Shown in pieces: positions 45,224 through 55,427 of a stretch of DNA of 64,000 bases (positions are counted from its first letter, which is position 1; each line of letters starts with the position of its first letter). The notes beneath the pieces were generated by a model. The model made no database searches and had not been told where the DNA came from. It saw only the letters and a program-made list of their open reading frames with translations. The translations under genes were made by a program, and so were the position numbers. This DNA is from an uncultured Chloroflexia bacterium (GTDB lineage Bacteria; Chloroflexota; Limnocylindria; Limnocylindrales; CSP1-4). The stretch spans positions 210,984-274,983 of the forward strand of contig CAVXNF010000005.1 in the NCBI GenBank assembly GCA_963763075.1. Direction: 5' to 3'.

Positions 45224-46670
45224 ATGGCAACCGTCGCCGGCGTCAAGCCGCATCCGATCTACCTCGCCGGCTCGTGGGTCGACTCGCCCGAGATCCTCGA
45301 GATCGAGAACCCGGCCCGCCCGGGCGAGCTCGCCGGTGCCACGTACCTGGCGACCGAGGCGCAGTACGAGCAGGCGGTCGAGGCCGCGGTCAAGGCGTTC
45401 GAGGTCACGCGCGTCATGCCCGCGTACGAGCGCGGCCGGATCCTGCGCGAGGTGAGCGCCGGCATCAAGGCCCGGCGCGAGGAGCTGGGCGCGTTGATCG
45501 CCGCCGAGGCGGGCAAGCCGATCCGCGACGCGCTGACCGAGGTGGACCGCGCGACCCTGACGTTCCGGCTCGGCGCGGAGGAAGCCGAGCGCCAGTACGG
45601 CGAGGTCATCCCGCTCGACCTGATGGCGTCGTCGAAGGACCGGGTCGGGCATCACCCGCCGGTTCCCGATCGGCCCGATCGCCGGCATCAGCCCGTTCAA
45701 CTTCCCGCTCAACCTCGCGGCGCACAAGGTGGCGCCGGCGATCGCCTCGGGCAACCCGATCGTGCTCAAGCCGCCGTCCAAGGACCCGCTCGTGATGCTC
45801 GCCATCGCGGAGATCCTCGACGCGGCGGGGATCCCCGAGGGCGCCGTGAGCATCCTGCCGATGAGCCGCGAGCTGGGCGACCGGATGGTGAGCGACGAGC
45901 GGTTCAAGCTGCTCACGTTCACGGGCTCGCCGTCGGTCGGCTGGCGGATGAAGGAGCGGGCCGGCAAGAAGAAGGTCGTGCTCGAGCTGGGCGGCAACGC
46001 CGGCGTCATCGTCGACAAGAGCGCCGACCTCGACTGGGCGGTGAAGCGGACCCTCGTCGGCGCCTTCGCCTACAGCGGGCAGGTGTGCATCAGCGTCCAG
46101 CGGATGTTCATCCACGAGGACGTGTGGGACGCGTTCATGGAGCGCTTCGTCGCGGGCGCCAAGGCGCTCGTGCTGGGCGACCCGGCCGATCCCACCACCG
46201 ACGTCGGCCCGATGGTCGACGCCAAGGCGGCCGCCCGGACCCAGGCCTGGGTCGACGAGGCGAAGGCGCTCGGCGGCACGGTGCTCGCCGGCGGCACCGC
46301 CGACGGCACGTTCTTCCCGCCCACCGTGCTGACCGACGTCCCGGTCACGGCCCAGGTGTGCTCCAACGAGGCGTTCGCCCCGGTCGTCGTCGCGTTCCCG
46401 TTCCGCGAGATCGACGACGCGATCGCCCAGGTCAACGACAGCTTCTTCGGGCTCCAGACCGGCGTGTTCACCTCCGACCTCGGGGCCGCCTGGACGAGCT
46501 TCAACGAGCTCGAGGTGGGCGGCGTCATCGTCAACGACATCCCGACCTACCGGATCGACAACATGCCCTACGGCGGGGTCAAGGACTCGGGCCTCGGCCG
46601 GGAGGGCATCCGCTGGGCGATCGAGGACATGACCGAGATCCGGATCATGGTCCTCGCCTGGCCCCAGTAG
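45224..46670 (+). CDS. NAD(P)-dependent aldehyde dehydrogenase (second copy), one frameshift near 45650
   Basis: ...FNFPL...ELGGNAGVIV...GQVCISVQR...; AGGAG SD. Confidence 0.85.
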
Positions 46671-46706
46671 GCCGGGCGCCGAGCCGCCCGTCCCGGGTGA
46701 GCGGGG

Positions 46707-48010
46707 CTACTCTGCGGCGTCTGCGGTGGCCGCTGTCGGGACCGGCAGGCGTGGCTCCGGCACCTCTTCCAGCAACCCGTGCTCCACGAGCTGCTCAGCC
46801 ACGCGCTGGAGCTCCATCACCGGCACCCCGATGATGTCGCCGATCCCGACCAGGTCGTGCGTTCCGTCCGCGTACGCGAGGAGGTCCATGGTCGTCCGAA
46901 CCGCTCCGTAGCTGGATGTGGTGCCGAGCGTCGGATAGAGGCCTCGGCCGCCGAGGTGCGGCTCGCCGAGGCTCGTCGACCGGTACGTCCGGTTGCCCTC
47001 CAGGACCTCCAGGCAGTCGCGCAGGATGGCGTAGCCGCCCTCGAGCCCGGCGGGCGTGACGACCGTCAGGTCGTCCAGCGACGTGTGGTACTCGGGATAC
47101 TCGTGATACTTGGTGCGCATCACGCTCACGACGGGCAGGTCGATGCCCGGGCTGCAGTACTGCCGCTCGTCGCTGCCGCGGTCGAGGAACGAGTAGCGGA
47201 CGAAATCCGGATGCCTGGCCTTGAGGGTGTGGAGGGCGACCCGGTCCGCGAGCGTGCCGCCGTTCCTGGAAGGCAGGAAGGAGTACGCCCGGTCATCGCC
47301 GACGCAGGTCACGTTGAAGCCCGCCACCACGTTGGCCTTCAGGGTGTCGAGGTGGCGTGACAGGTAGACCAGCGAGCCGATGGTCTCGGGGATGAAGACC
47401 AGGCGGTAGGTGTAGTGGCGTGGCCGGCTGGCGATCCACTTCGCGAGCCACGTCGTGACCACCGGGCCGGAGAGCTCGTTGTTGGCCATCGACGGATGGC
47501 AGACGTAGGTGGACAGGAACACCTCGCTCGGCGTGGCGCCGGGAATGACGAGCTCGCCGTAGGTGAGGGAGCCGTCCTTGAGCTCGCTGTCGATCACGAC
47601 CCGGTACTGGCCGTCCTGAGGCGCTGCCGCTGGGCGTGCGACAGGCAGAAGCCCCACCGCCGCTCGTAGTAGGAGGTGACGTACGGGATCGCGGTGGGCT
47701 GGTCGACCAGCGAGTGCAGGTGCGGCTGGAGCTCGGCCAGCGACAGGGTCGCGTCGACGGGGACCGAGTAGCCGACGACGTGCAGGTTGTTCTGCTGGAA
47801 GTCGACGATCCGGTCGCCGTGCTCGTCGAGGATGTAGGCATCCCGGATGGTCCACTCGGGGGGCACGGTCCAGTCGAACGCACGGGTGCCGGTGGGTACC
47901 TCGTGGATCTCCAGGGGGAGGTGCTCGCCGAGGATGCGGAGCGTCTCGCGCACGCCGTCCCCGGTGATGCTCCGGGTGATCGGGAAGAGGCGCCGCGCGA
48001 GCGCGTGCAT
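46707..48010 (-). CDS. DUF4910/DUF2172 aminopeptidase-like (M28-fold) domain protein, one frameshift near 47630
   Basis: Recalled as a family often found in glycan loci (from memory, not checked against a database): ...[12 protein letters not shown]...VVGYSVPV...; ...[15 protein letters not shown]...; terminates convergently 36 nt from the ALDH stop. Confidence 0.5.
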
Positions 48011-48066
48011 CGCCGCGCCGGGCGCTTCATCGGCGTCCGCCACGCCGTCGGCATCCGCGCGAAGCC

Positions 48067-49131
48067 CCTCAGAATTCGTCCATCGCGCACGTCTTCCTGG
48101 GCGCGGTTGTAGTCCTCGTGACGGCCGACGTCCTGCCAGTACTCGATGATCGGGTAGCCCACCACGACCTGGCCCTCGTCCAGCAGGCGCCGGATGAGGT
48201 CGGTCATGTCGAAGCGTCGGCCGGCCGGGATGAAGTCCCAGGCGCCGGGCTCGAGCAGGTAGATGCCGGCGTTCACGAGGAGGCGGATGCGCGGCTTCTC
48301 GGTCAGGTCGGTGACGCGAGCGTCGTCGCATTCCACGACCCCGAATGGGACCTCGACCTCGTAGGTGCGAACGCCCACCGTCAGCGTCGCGGCGTGCTTC
48401 CGGTGAAAGCGCAGCATCTTCTGGTACGAGACCCGGGTCAGGATGTCGCCGTTGATCACCAGGAACGGCCCGGTCGGACGCGGGATCAGCCGGAGGCCGC
48501 CCGCCGTGCCCATCGGCTCATCCTCGGTGGCGTAGCTGATGCGGACCCCGAATGCCTCGCCGTCGCCGAAGTGGCCGACGATGGTGTCGGGCAGGTAGTG
48601 GGTGGTGAGGTGGACCTCGCTGATCCCGGCCTCGCGCAGCTGGTCGATCGTGCGCTCCAGCATCGGCCGCTCGCCCACCGGCAGCATGGGCTTGGGGACG
48701 GTCTCCGTCAGCGGCAGGAGGCGGGTGCCGAAGCCGCCGGCCATGACGACGGCCGACAGGTCCCCGGGCACATCGGCGACGAGGTTCTTGCGGAGCAGGA
48801 AGTCGATCAGGACGCCGGCTTCGTCGACAACCGGCAGGTGGTTGATGTCGTGCTGCAGCATCAGCTGCAGCGCCTCGGCCGGTTCGATGGGCGCGCGCGC
48901 GACGACGGGATCCCGGGTCGCGATGGAGCCGCACGGGTCGGCCAGCGACACCTTGTGCAGGACCGCGCGGCGAATGTCACCGTCGGTGAGGAGTCCCGCG
49001 ACCTGCCGATCCGGATGGCACAGGACGAGGCCGCCGGTCCCGGCCATGTCCAGCTGGGAGATGGCGTCGGCGATGGAGAGCTCCGGCGGCGCGACGACGG
49101 CCTCAAGAGTGTCCGGGCGCTCGTCGTCCAC
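48067..49131 (-). CDS. Tandem-CBS-domain plus sugar-phosphate nucleotidyltransferase fusion (PtmE-like), frameshift near the 3' end
   Basis: CBS pair (...[13 protein letters not shown]...[25 protein letters not shown]) followed by an NTP-transferase domain ([32 protein letters not shown]...INGDIL...); 3' end approximate. Confidence 0.7.
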
Positions 49132-49133
49132 GA

Positions 49134-49622
49134 TCAGGACCCGTGGCTGGCCGCGACGGCGGCCGACGGGTCGTTGAGGACGCGGCGACTGGCGGCGCCC
49201 GAGCCGGTCTCGCGGATCACGCCCTGGTAGTGGTCGTAGACGTTGTGGTAGCCGATGTCGCGACGCCTCGGGTTGAGGTCGTAGTCCACGTGATCGACGC
49301 AGAACCAGTTGTAGACCCAGCCCTGCCCCTCGGAATCGACGGTCTGCTGCCGGAACGCCGGCGACATGCACGACTCGAGCATCCCGTCGATCTTGTCCCA
49401 GGTGTCGTTGTAGCCCAGCAGGTGCGGGTCCACGACCTTGCGCACCGCCTGCTCGAGGCCGCCCAGGTCGACCTCGCCCGCCTGCAGCTGCCGGAGCAGC
49501 GCGACGCTGGGCTCGAGATCGATCCCGAAGATGGCCTTGAGGCGTTCGAAGGTCGCCTCCACCGATTCGTGGAGCGGTCCCTCCGTATCCACGCAATGGA
49601 CGACGTAGACCGGGCGCGCCAT
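49134..49622 (-). CDS. Hypothetical protein (162 aa) inside the nonulosonic-acid module
   Basis: MARPVYVVHCVDTEGPLHESVEATFERLKAIFG...; no family recognised; start and stop tightly packed between neighbouring genes. Confidence 0.4.
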   Translation of the reverse strand: MARPVYVVHCVDTEGPLHESVEATFERLKAIFGIDLEPSVALLRQLQAGEVDLGGLEQAVRKVVDPHLLGYNDTWDKIDGMLESCMSPAFRQQTVDSEGQGWVYNWFCVDHVDYDLNPRRRDIGYHNVYDHYQGVIRETGSGAASRRVLNDPSAAVAASHGS

Positions 49623-49652
49623 GGTGATCCTCGTGGCAGGGAGAGGATGAAT

Positions 49653-50706
49653 CTAGCGCAGGTGCTCCCAGCGGAGCACCTGGTCCTCGGCGAGGTCCGC
49701 GGCCAGCTCGCGGCCGACGGCATACGGGAGCTCGTCGGGACCGATCCCGGTTCCCGGACGCTTCGCATCCAGGTCCGCCTCGGTGAGGACGTGTCCGGCC
49801 GGCAGCGCGGTCCGCGTGACCAGGCTCCGCCGGAACTGGCGGCGCTTGACGATCTCGGCCTCCGACAGCATCCGGCGCGTGCTGCCCAGCGCCTCGTGGA
49901 TGATGCGCCCGTCCTCGACGACGGCCCGCAGCACCGCGGGATCGGACGAGATGGCGTGATCCCAGCCCTCCATCTCCCGGTCGAGGGTGAAGTGCTTCTC
50001 GATGAAGCATGCGCCCAGGGCGATGGCGGCGAGCGGGATCGCCGTCCCCAGGGTGTGGTCGCTGAAGCCGACGGGAACATCGAAGGCGCGGCGCAGGGTC
50101 TCGAGGTTGCGCAGGTGGACGGTGGACGGCGCCGCCGGATAGAGGGAGACGCAGTGGAGCAGGATGATCTCCTCGTTGCCCTGGGCGCGCACGGTATCCA
50201 TGGCTCGCTCGATCTCGCCCAGGGTGGCCATCCCCGTCGAGATCACGACGGGCTTGCCCGTCCGGGCGACATGGGCCAGGAGCGGCAGGTTGGTGACGTC
50301 CATCGAGGCGATCTTGATGAACGGGACGTCCAGTCCGGCGAGCAGGTCCGCCTCCGCCGGGGCGAACGCGCTGGAGGAGAAGGCGATTCCACGCTCCCGG
50401 GCGTGGTCGCGGGCGACGACGTGCTGCTCGGGCGTGAGCTGGTAGGCGCGCACCATCTCGCGGAGCGACCCGAAGTGCTTCTTCTTGTCCGAGTAGCTGG
50501 GATTCCGCTCGTATTCCTCGTTCGCGATGAGCGACGTCTCAGCTCCACGACTGGAACTTGACCGCGTTGGCGCCCGCCTCCGCTGCGGCGTCGATCAGCT
50601 GCAGGCAGAGATCCATGTCGCCGTTGTGGTTGGAGCCGACCTCGGCGACGATGTAGGGCGGGTTGTCGCCGCCCACGGCGACGCTTCCCAGGTTGACGGG
50701 TCTCAC
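49653..50706 (-). CDS. N-acylneuraminate-type nonulosonic acid synthase (NeuB/LegI/PseI family), one frameshift near 50545
   Basis: PYIVAEVGSNHNGDMDLCLQLIDAAAEAGANAVKFQ...IKIASMDVTN...VISTGMATLGEI... plus C-terminal SAF domain; GAAGGAG SD. Confidence 0.8.
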
Positions 50707-50789
50707 GTTGGCTCCTTCGGGGTGGTCCACTGGGATCGCAGGGGCGGGTGGGCGACGGACGCCCACCAGAGGAGGGGCGGAGGCGCCGC

Positions 50790-51621
50790 GTTCAGCGCCC
50801 GGACATAGCGGGACGAGTTCGGCCGGGTCCTCGACGACGCGCTGGTCGAAGGCCGCGACATCGGCGGCGGCTTCGCGGACCTGCGTCGCTCGGGCCGGCA
50901 GCGCCCCCGCCGGCAGGCCGTCCAGCACCAGCCGGAAGTGCTCGCGGACCAGCGCCGTGTCGGCCCGCACGCGCTCCGCCGTGAACGGCGACCGGATTCT
51001 GGCCATGTTTGCGCCGTGCTGGCGATAGTCCATTCGTGGCGTCGGATCGAAGGCCAGCCGTGCGCCCTGCAGCCAGGCCATCGTGATCAGGTACCAGTCC
51101 ACCAGGGCGGCCGCGGCCGGGATCGGGAGGCAGGCTCGCAGCACGTCGGACCGGTAGGCCGTGTTCGAGAGCCCGAACGCGTTGGTGCGGGGCAGGGTGG
51201 ATTCGGTCTCCCCTTCGCCCGGCGTCGCGAGCGACAGCCCCAGCGGCTGTCCAGCCTCGTCGACCAGGCGCAGGCCGCAGGCGGCGACATCGGCGCCTTC
51301 CAGCCAGGCGCGTGCCGCAGCGACGCGATCCGGGTGCAGGAGGTCGTCGCTGTCGACGAGGACCACCGCCTCGTAGCGGTCGGCGATCCGCGCCAGCGCC
51401 TGCTGGCGCACCTGGGCGGGCGTGAACCCCGGTTCGGCGACGACGAAGGTCGCGGCCGGCCGAGTCCCCAGCTGCGCCGTGACCGCCGTCTCGGTCAGCC
51501 CGTCCAGGCTGATCCAGAGATCGAAGTCGCGGTCGGCCTGTGCCTGGACCGACGCGTACCACGCGTCAAGAAAGCGGGCGGCACCGGGGTAGACGGCGGT
51601 GTAGAGGGCAATCGCGCTCAT
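50790..51621 (-). CDS. GT2-like (GT-A fold) glycosyltransferase, frameshift(s); 3' end approximate
   Basis: IALYTAVYPGAARFLDAWYASVQAQADRDFDLWISLDG (GT2 N-terminal pattern); DSDD (DxD-like); ATGA overlap with the upstream gene. Confidence 0.5.
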
Positions 51622-52314
51622 GAACGCCCCATCAGCGCGTCTGCCAGCCGCCAGTCGTCCTCGGTGTCGATGTCGATCGCATGCGTCCAGTCGATCTCCC
51701 AGCCGGTCCTGCCGGCAAGGTGGAACGTCCCCGCGCGACGCAGGGCGTCCGTCCTGGCCCACCAGACGGCTCCCGTGGGGCAGAAGAGCTCGGGAAGGTC
51801 CTGGCTGCGCTCGTCGCATCGCATCCGGGAAGAGGGGGTCCAGCGAACCGTCCGCCGCCCGGCGCATCGCCCACCAGGGGCTCTGCCAGCCGTACCGCGC
51901 GACCGAGATCTGCGCCTCGGCCGGCCGTTCGGTGAACTGGCGATGGCTGGCCACCACGTCGTCGGCCGTGCGCAGCGGACAGTTCGGCATCAGCTGGCAG
52001 ACCTCGAGGTACGCCTCTCCGGCCTCCTCCAGGCGATCCACGACGTCGATCGTCGCCCGCGAGACGGGCGTGATGTCATCGGCCAGGGCGGGGGCTCGAA
52101 GGAACGGAACCTCGGCGCCCAGGGCCCGGGCCACGGCGGCAATCTCGGCATCGTCGGTCGACACCACGACCCGGGCGAAGAGGCCGCTGCCCAGCGCGGC
52201 CTCGACCGAGTAGGCGAGCAGCGGCCGGCCATGCATCTCGCGGATGTTCTTGCGCGGTACCCGCCGCGATCCGCCGCGGGCGGGGATCACCGCGAGGGCG
52301 CCGCCGGCGCTCAT
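51618..52314 (-). CDS. CMP-nonulosonic acid synthetase (acylneuraminate cytidylyltransferase family, NeuA/LegF/PseF-like), one frameshift
   Basis: LAVIPARGGSRRVPRKNIREMHGRPLLAYSVEAALGSGLFARVVVSTDDAEIAAVARALGAEVPFLR...; C-terminus in another frame. Confidence 0.75.
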
Positions 52315-52981
52315 CGGATCCTCCGGGCGGGAGCCCCGACGTACGTGCCCGGCTCGGTCAGGTCGCTCCGTGACCACCGCTCCGGCACCGATCAGGCAGC
52401 CCTCCGCGATCCGGACGCCGTGGATGACCACGGCTCCGGCACCGACGAAGGTGTGGTCGCCGATCGTGACCCCGCCGCTCACCGTGGCTCCGGGGCCGAT
52501 GTGGACGTTCGTGCCGAAGCGACAGTCGTGCTCCACGGTGGCGTTGGTGTTGACGACGCAGGTCGGCCCGGTGACAACACCCGCGTTGACGACGGCCCCG
52601 TCGAAGACGGCCGTGCCGGCCCCCAGCTCCACCTCGGCGTTGACCACGGCGTCGGGAGAGACGAAGGTGGGGAATCCGTACCCCAGCGCCTCGGCTGCGG
52701 CCTGGATCCGGGCACGGCGCGTCGGTCGCGTCCACCTTGCCGACGCCCATGGCCGCCGCACAGCCGGGGTGGCGGGCCAGCAGGGCCGGCAGCACGTCGT
52801 CGCCGCCCGCATGGGGAACGCCCAGCACGGGCCCGACGTCGCGCGGATCCACATAGCCGGCGATCGTCCAGGGCAGCTTGCGGATGACGCTGATGAGCAC
52901 CTTGGCATGGCCACCCCCGCCGATGACGACGAGAGGACGGCTGTGTCTCTCCGGCGCCGTGCGGACTTCGGGATCGGGCAT
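52311..52981 (-). CDS. NeuD/PglD-family sugar N-acetyltransferase (left-handed beta-helix), about 2 frameshifts
   Basis: N-terminal LVVIGGGGHAKVLISVI...; hexapeptide repeats ...GTNVHIGPGATVSGGVTIGDHTFVGAGAVVIHGVRIAEGCLIGAGAVV...; corrected C-terminus ...GAPARRIR. Confidence 0.7.
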
Positions 52982-53430
52982 GGCCCCAGCATCGCGCAGT
53001 CGCGGGCGCCGCGCCACGGATTCGAACGTCGGGTGGGTCATGCGCTCGCCAGCGCGGTGCGTCACGCTGCCTCGACGAAACGGTGTCCCCGCATGTGGCT
53101 CCGTCGGAACGGGTCTGAAGGCGGACCGGCTCGTCCGCATGCGAGCCGGCGAGGACCCTGTCGCATATAGTGCCCACAGGATCGGGTCGCAGGGTGATGC
53201 ATCCCGCTGCGTCGGACGACCGTCTGCGCGGACGGCACCGCTCGCCTCGTTCGGGGGCCGCGTGATCAAGGGAGAGACGTGACATCCTGGTTGGCCGCTG
53301 TGTGCCGCGAGCGGGACGGGCGTGAGGTTCGTCGTTCGTCGGCAGATCCCTCCCGGCGCCCGCTCGTCCATACGTCTCGTCGGCCTCGAGTCGTCGGCGC
53401 GTCGCGAGCCGACCCGCGGGCGGCGCGCCC

Positions 53431-55323
53431 ATGACGCAGGCGAACGTCTCCGAGGCCCGAACGAACCCGTTCGTCAGCTCTCAGGTCAGACGTTCTCTCG
53501 CGATGCTCACCCCCAGAGAGCGACGCACCTACTGGGCGGCCGTGGGGCTGCAGATGGCGACATCCCTGCTGGATCTGGCCGGCGTGCTGCTGTTCGGGAT
53601 GGTCGGGGTCATCGCCGCGTCCGCCGCCCAGGGCGTCGCGATCCCGGACTCGATCCAAGTGGTGCTGTCGTGGTTTGGCGTGGCAGATGTCCCAGCGACC
53701 ACGGCGAGCCTTGTGCTCGCGGGGATCGCAGCCCTGCTGCTGATCCTCAAGACCATCGCGTCCCTGTGGATCCTGCGTTGGGTCACGAAGTTCCTCACCA
53801 TGTCCTCGACGCGAGTCTCATGCTCAGATGTGCGCGGATTTCTTATGCACTTCCGATCGTGCATGTCAACCGCTTCGAAAGCCAGTTTTCAGCCTTCGCC
53901 CTGGTGAGCGGCGTGAGCGGGGCAATCGTCGAGCACACTGACCAACGCGATGGTCATCTGGGTGGAACTCACCCTCCTCGTCGTCCTCGGCGGGGCCCTC
54001 CTGCTGCTCAATCCGCTCATCGCCTTGTTCGCCGTCGGGTTCTTTGGTTTGATCGCGATCGTCATGAACCAGATCCTCAAGGGGTGGGCCTACTCGACCG
54101 GCAAGGTGATGGCTGAAACTGGGTGGGAGTCCAATGTGACGGTCCAGGACGGGATCGCGACGTATCGAGAGATCACCGTGGCAAATCGTCGACAGCACTA
54201 CATCGACCGGTTCCGATCGCTCAGGCAGGCAGGCTCCGAAGCCTACGCCGACCAGCAGTTCATCGGCCAGCTGCCGCGCTATGGGATGGAGATCGCACTC
54301 GTTGTCGGCGCAGGCCTGCTGGTCATCGCCCTGCTCCAGTTAGGCACCGTGGAGAGCGCCCTCGCCTCCCTCGCCCTGTTCCTCACCGCCGCGACCCGCG
54401 TCATGCCATCCATGCTCCGGCTGAATGGTTCCCGGATCACCTTGCGGTCCCTGGGGCCACGCGCGGAGTACGCCTTCACGATGGCGACCCACATCCGGGA
54501 GCACGCGACAGCGGCCACGTTGCGGGACACTCCCCTGGCGACGCTCCGCAGCTGCGGTCGGCGGCGGGCTTCCGGGCAGGCGCGAACCGGTCCTTGAGGT
54601 CGCTGTCCGGGACCTGACCGTGGACTACCCGGGCTCCGATACCCCTGCCATTAACGGGATCACCTTCACGTTGCCCCCCGGCGGAGCCCTTGCAGTCGTC
54701 GGCCCTTCGGGAGGCGGCAAGTCCACGCTTGCAGATGCCATCCTTGGAGTCGTGCAGCCCTCGGCGGGCTCTGTCCGGATCGGCGGTTTGTCTCCGGAGG
54801 CAGGTTGTCCGCCGCTATCCCGGCTTGGTCGCGTACGTTCCGCAGTCCGTCGCTCTGGTCTCGGGCTCGGTGCGGGACAACGTCGCGCTCGGACGCACGC
54901 AGCGATGAGATCGACGATGACCGAGTCTGGGCTGCATTGAAGCGAGCGCATCTCGCTGACTACCTGGCGGACGCCCGCGACGGGCTCGACACCGAAGTCG
55001 GGGAGCGTGGCGTGCAGTTGAGCGGTGGCCAGCGGCAGCGGCTGGGGATCGCTCGCGCGCTGTACACGGACCCGAGGCTGCTGGTGATGGACGAGGCGAC
55101 CAGTGCCCTTGACGCAGAGATCGAGAACCTGGTGACACAGACGATCGAGGAACTGGGGTCAGAAGTGACCACGATCACGATCGCCCACAGGCTGGCGACC
55201 ATCCGGCGCGTCAGACACGGTCATCTACCTCGAACGCGGCCGCTTGCTGGCACAGGGGACCTTCGAGGAAGTACGAAATGCGGTGCCGCGGTTCGATCAC
55301 CAGGCGAACTTGCTGGGGTTGTG
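53431..55323 (+). CDS. Fused permease/ATPase ABC exporter (type I exporter fold), at least 5 frameshifts
   Basis: Six-TM N-terminal half; NBD with Walker A VVGPSGGGKSTL, signature LSGGQRQRLGIARAL, Walker B LLVMDEATSALD, H-loop TITIAHRL. Confidence 0.75.
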
Positions 55324-55427
55324 AAGCCGCGGTGGCCAGGAGGCCGTGAGAGGGCTTACGGTCCGGGCGCGGAGCCGGGCGGCGGCTTTGTTGATGGGGC
55401 TAGCGCGGGAGCTGCGGTGGATCCCGG

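Noticed and set aside
47293-50010. 905-aa and 817-aa (50539-52992) and 794-aa (19318-21702) composite minus-strand ORFs
   Set aside because: Not single genes. They are read-throughs that join portions of several real genes across frameshift points and intergenic regions; they were split into individual genes above.
53003-53030. GGATTCGAAC (reverse complement of the tRNA T-loop GTTCGAATCC) in the promoter region between the acetyltransferase gene and the ABC transporter
   Set aside because: No complementary T-stem, no acceptor stem/CCA context, no anticodon or D-arm nearby. Probably a chance match in promoter DNA.
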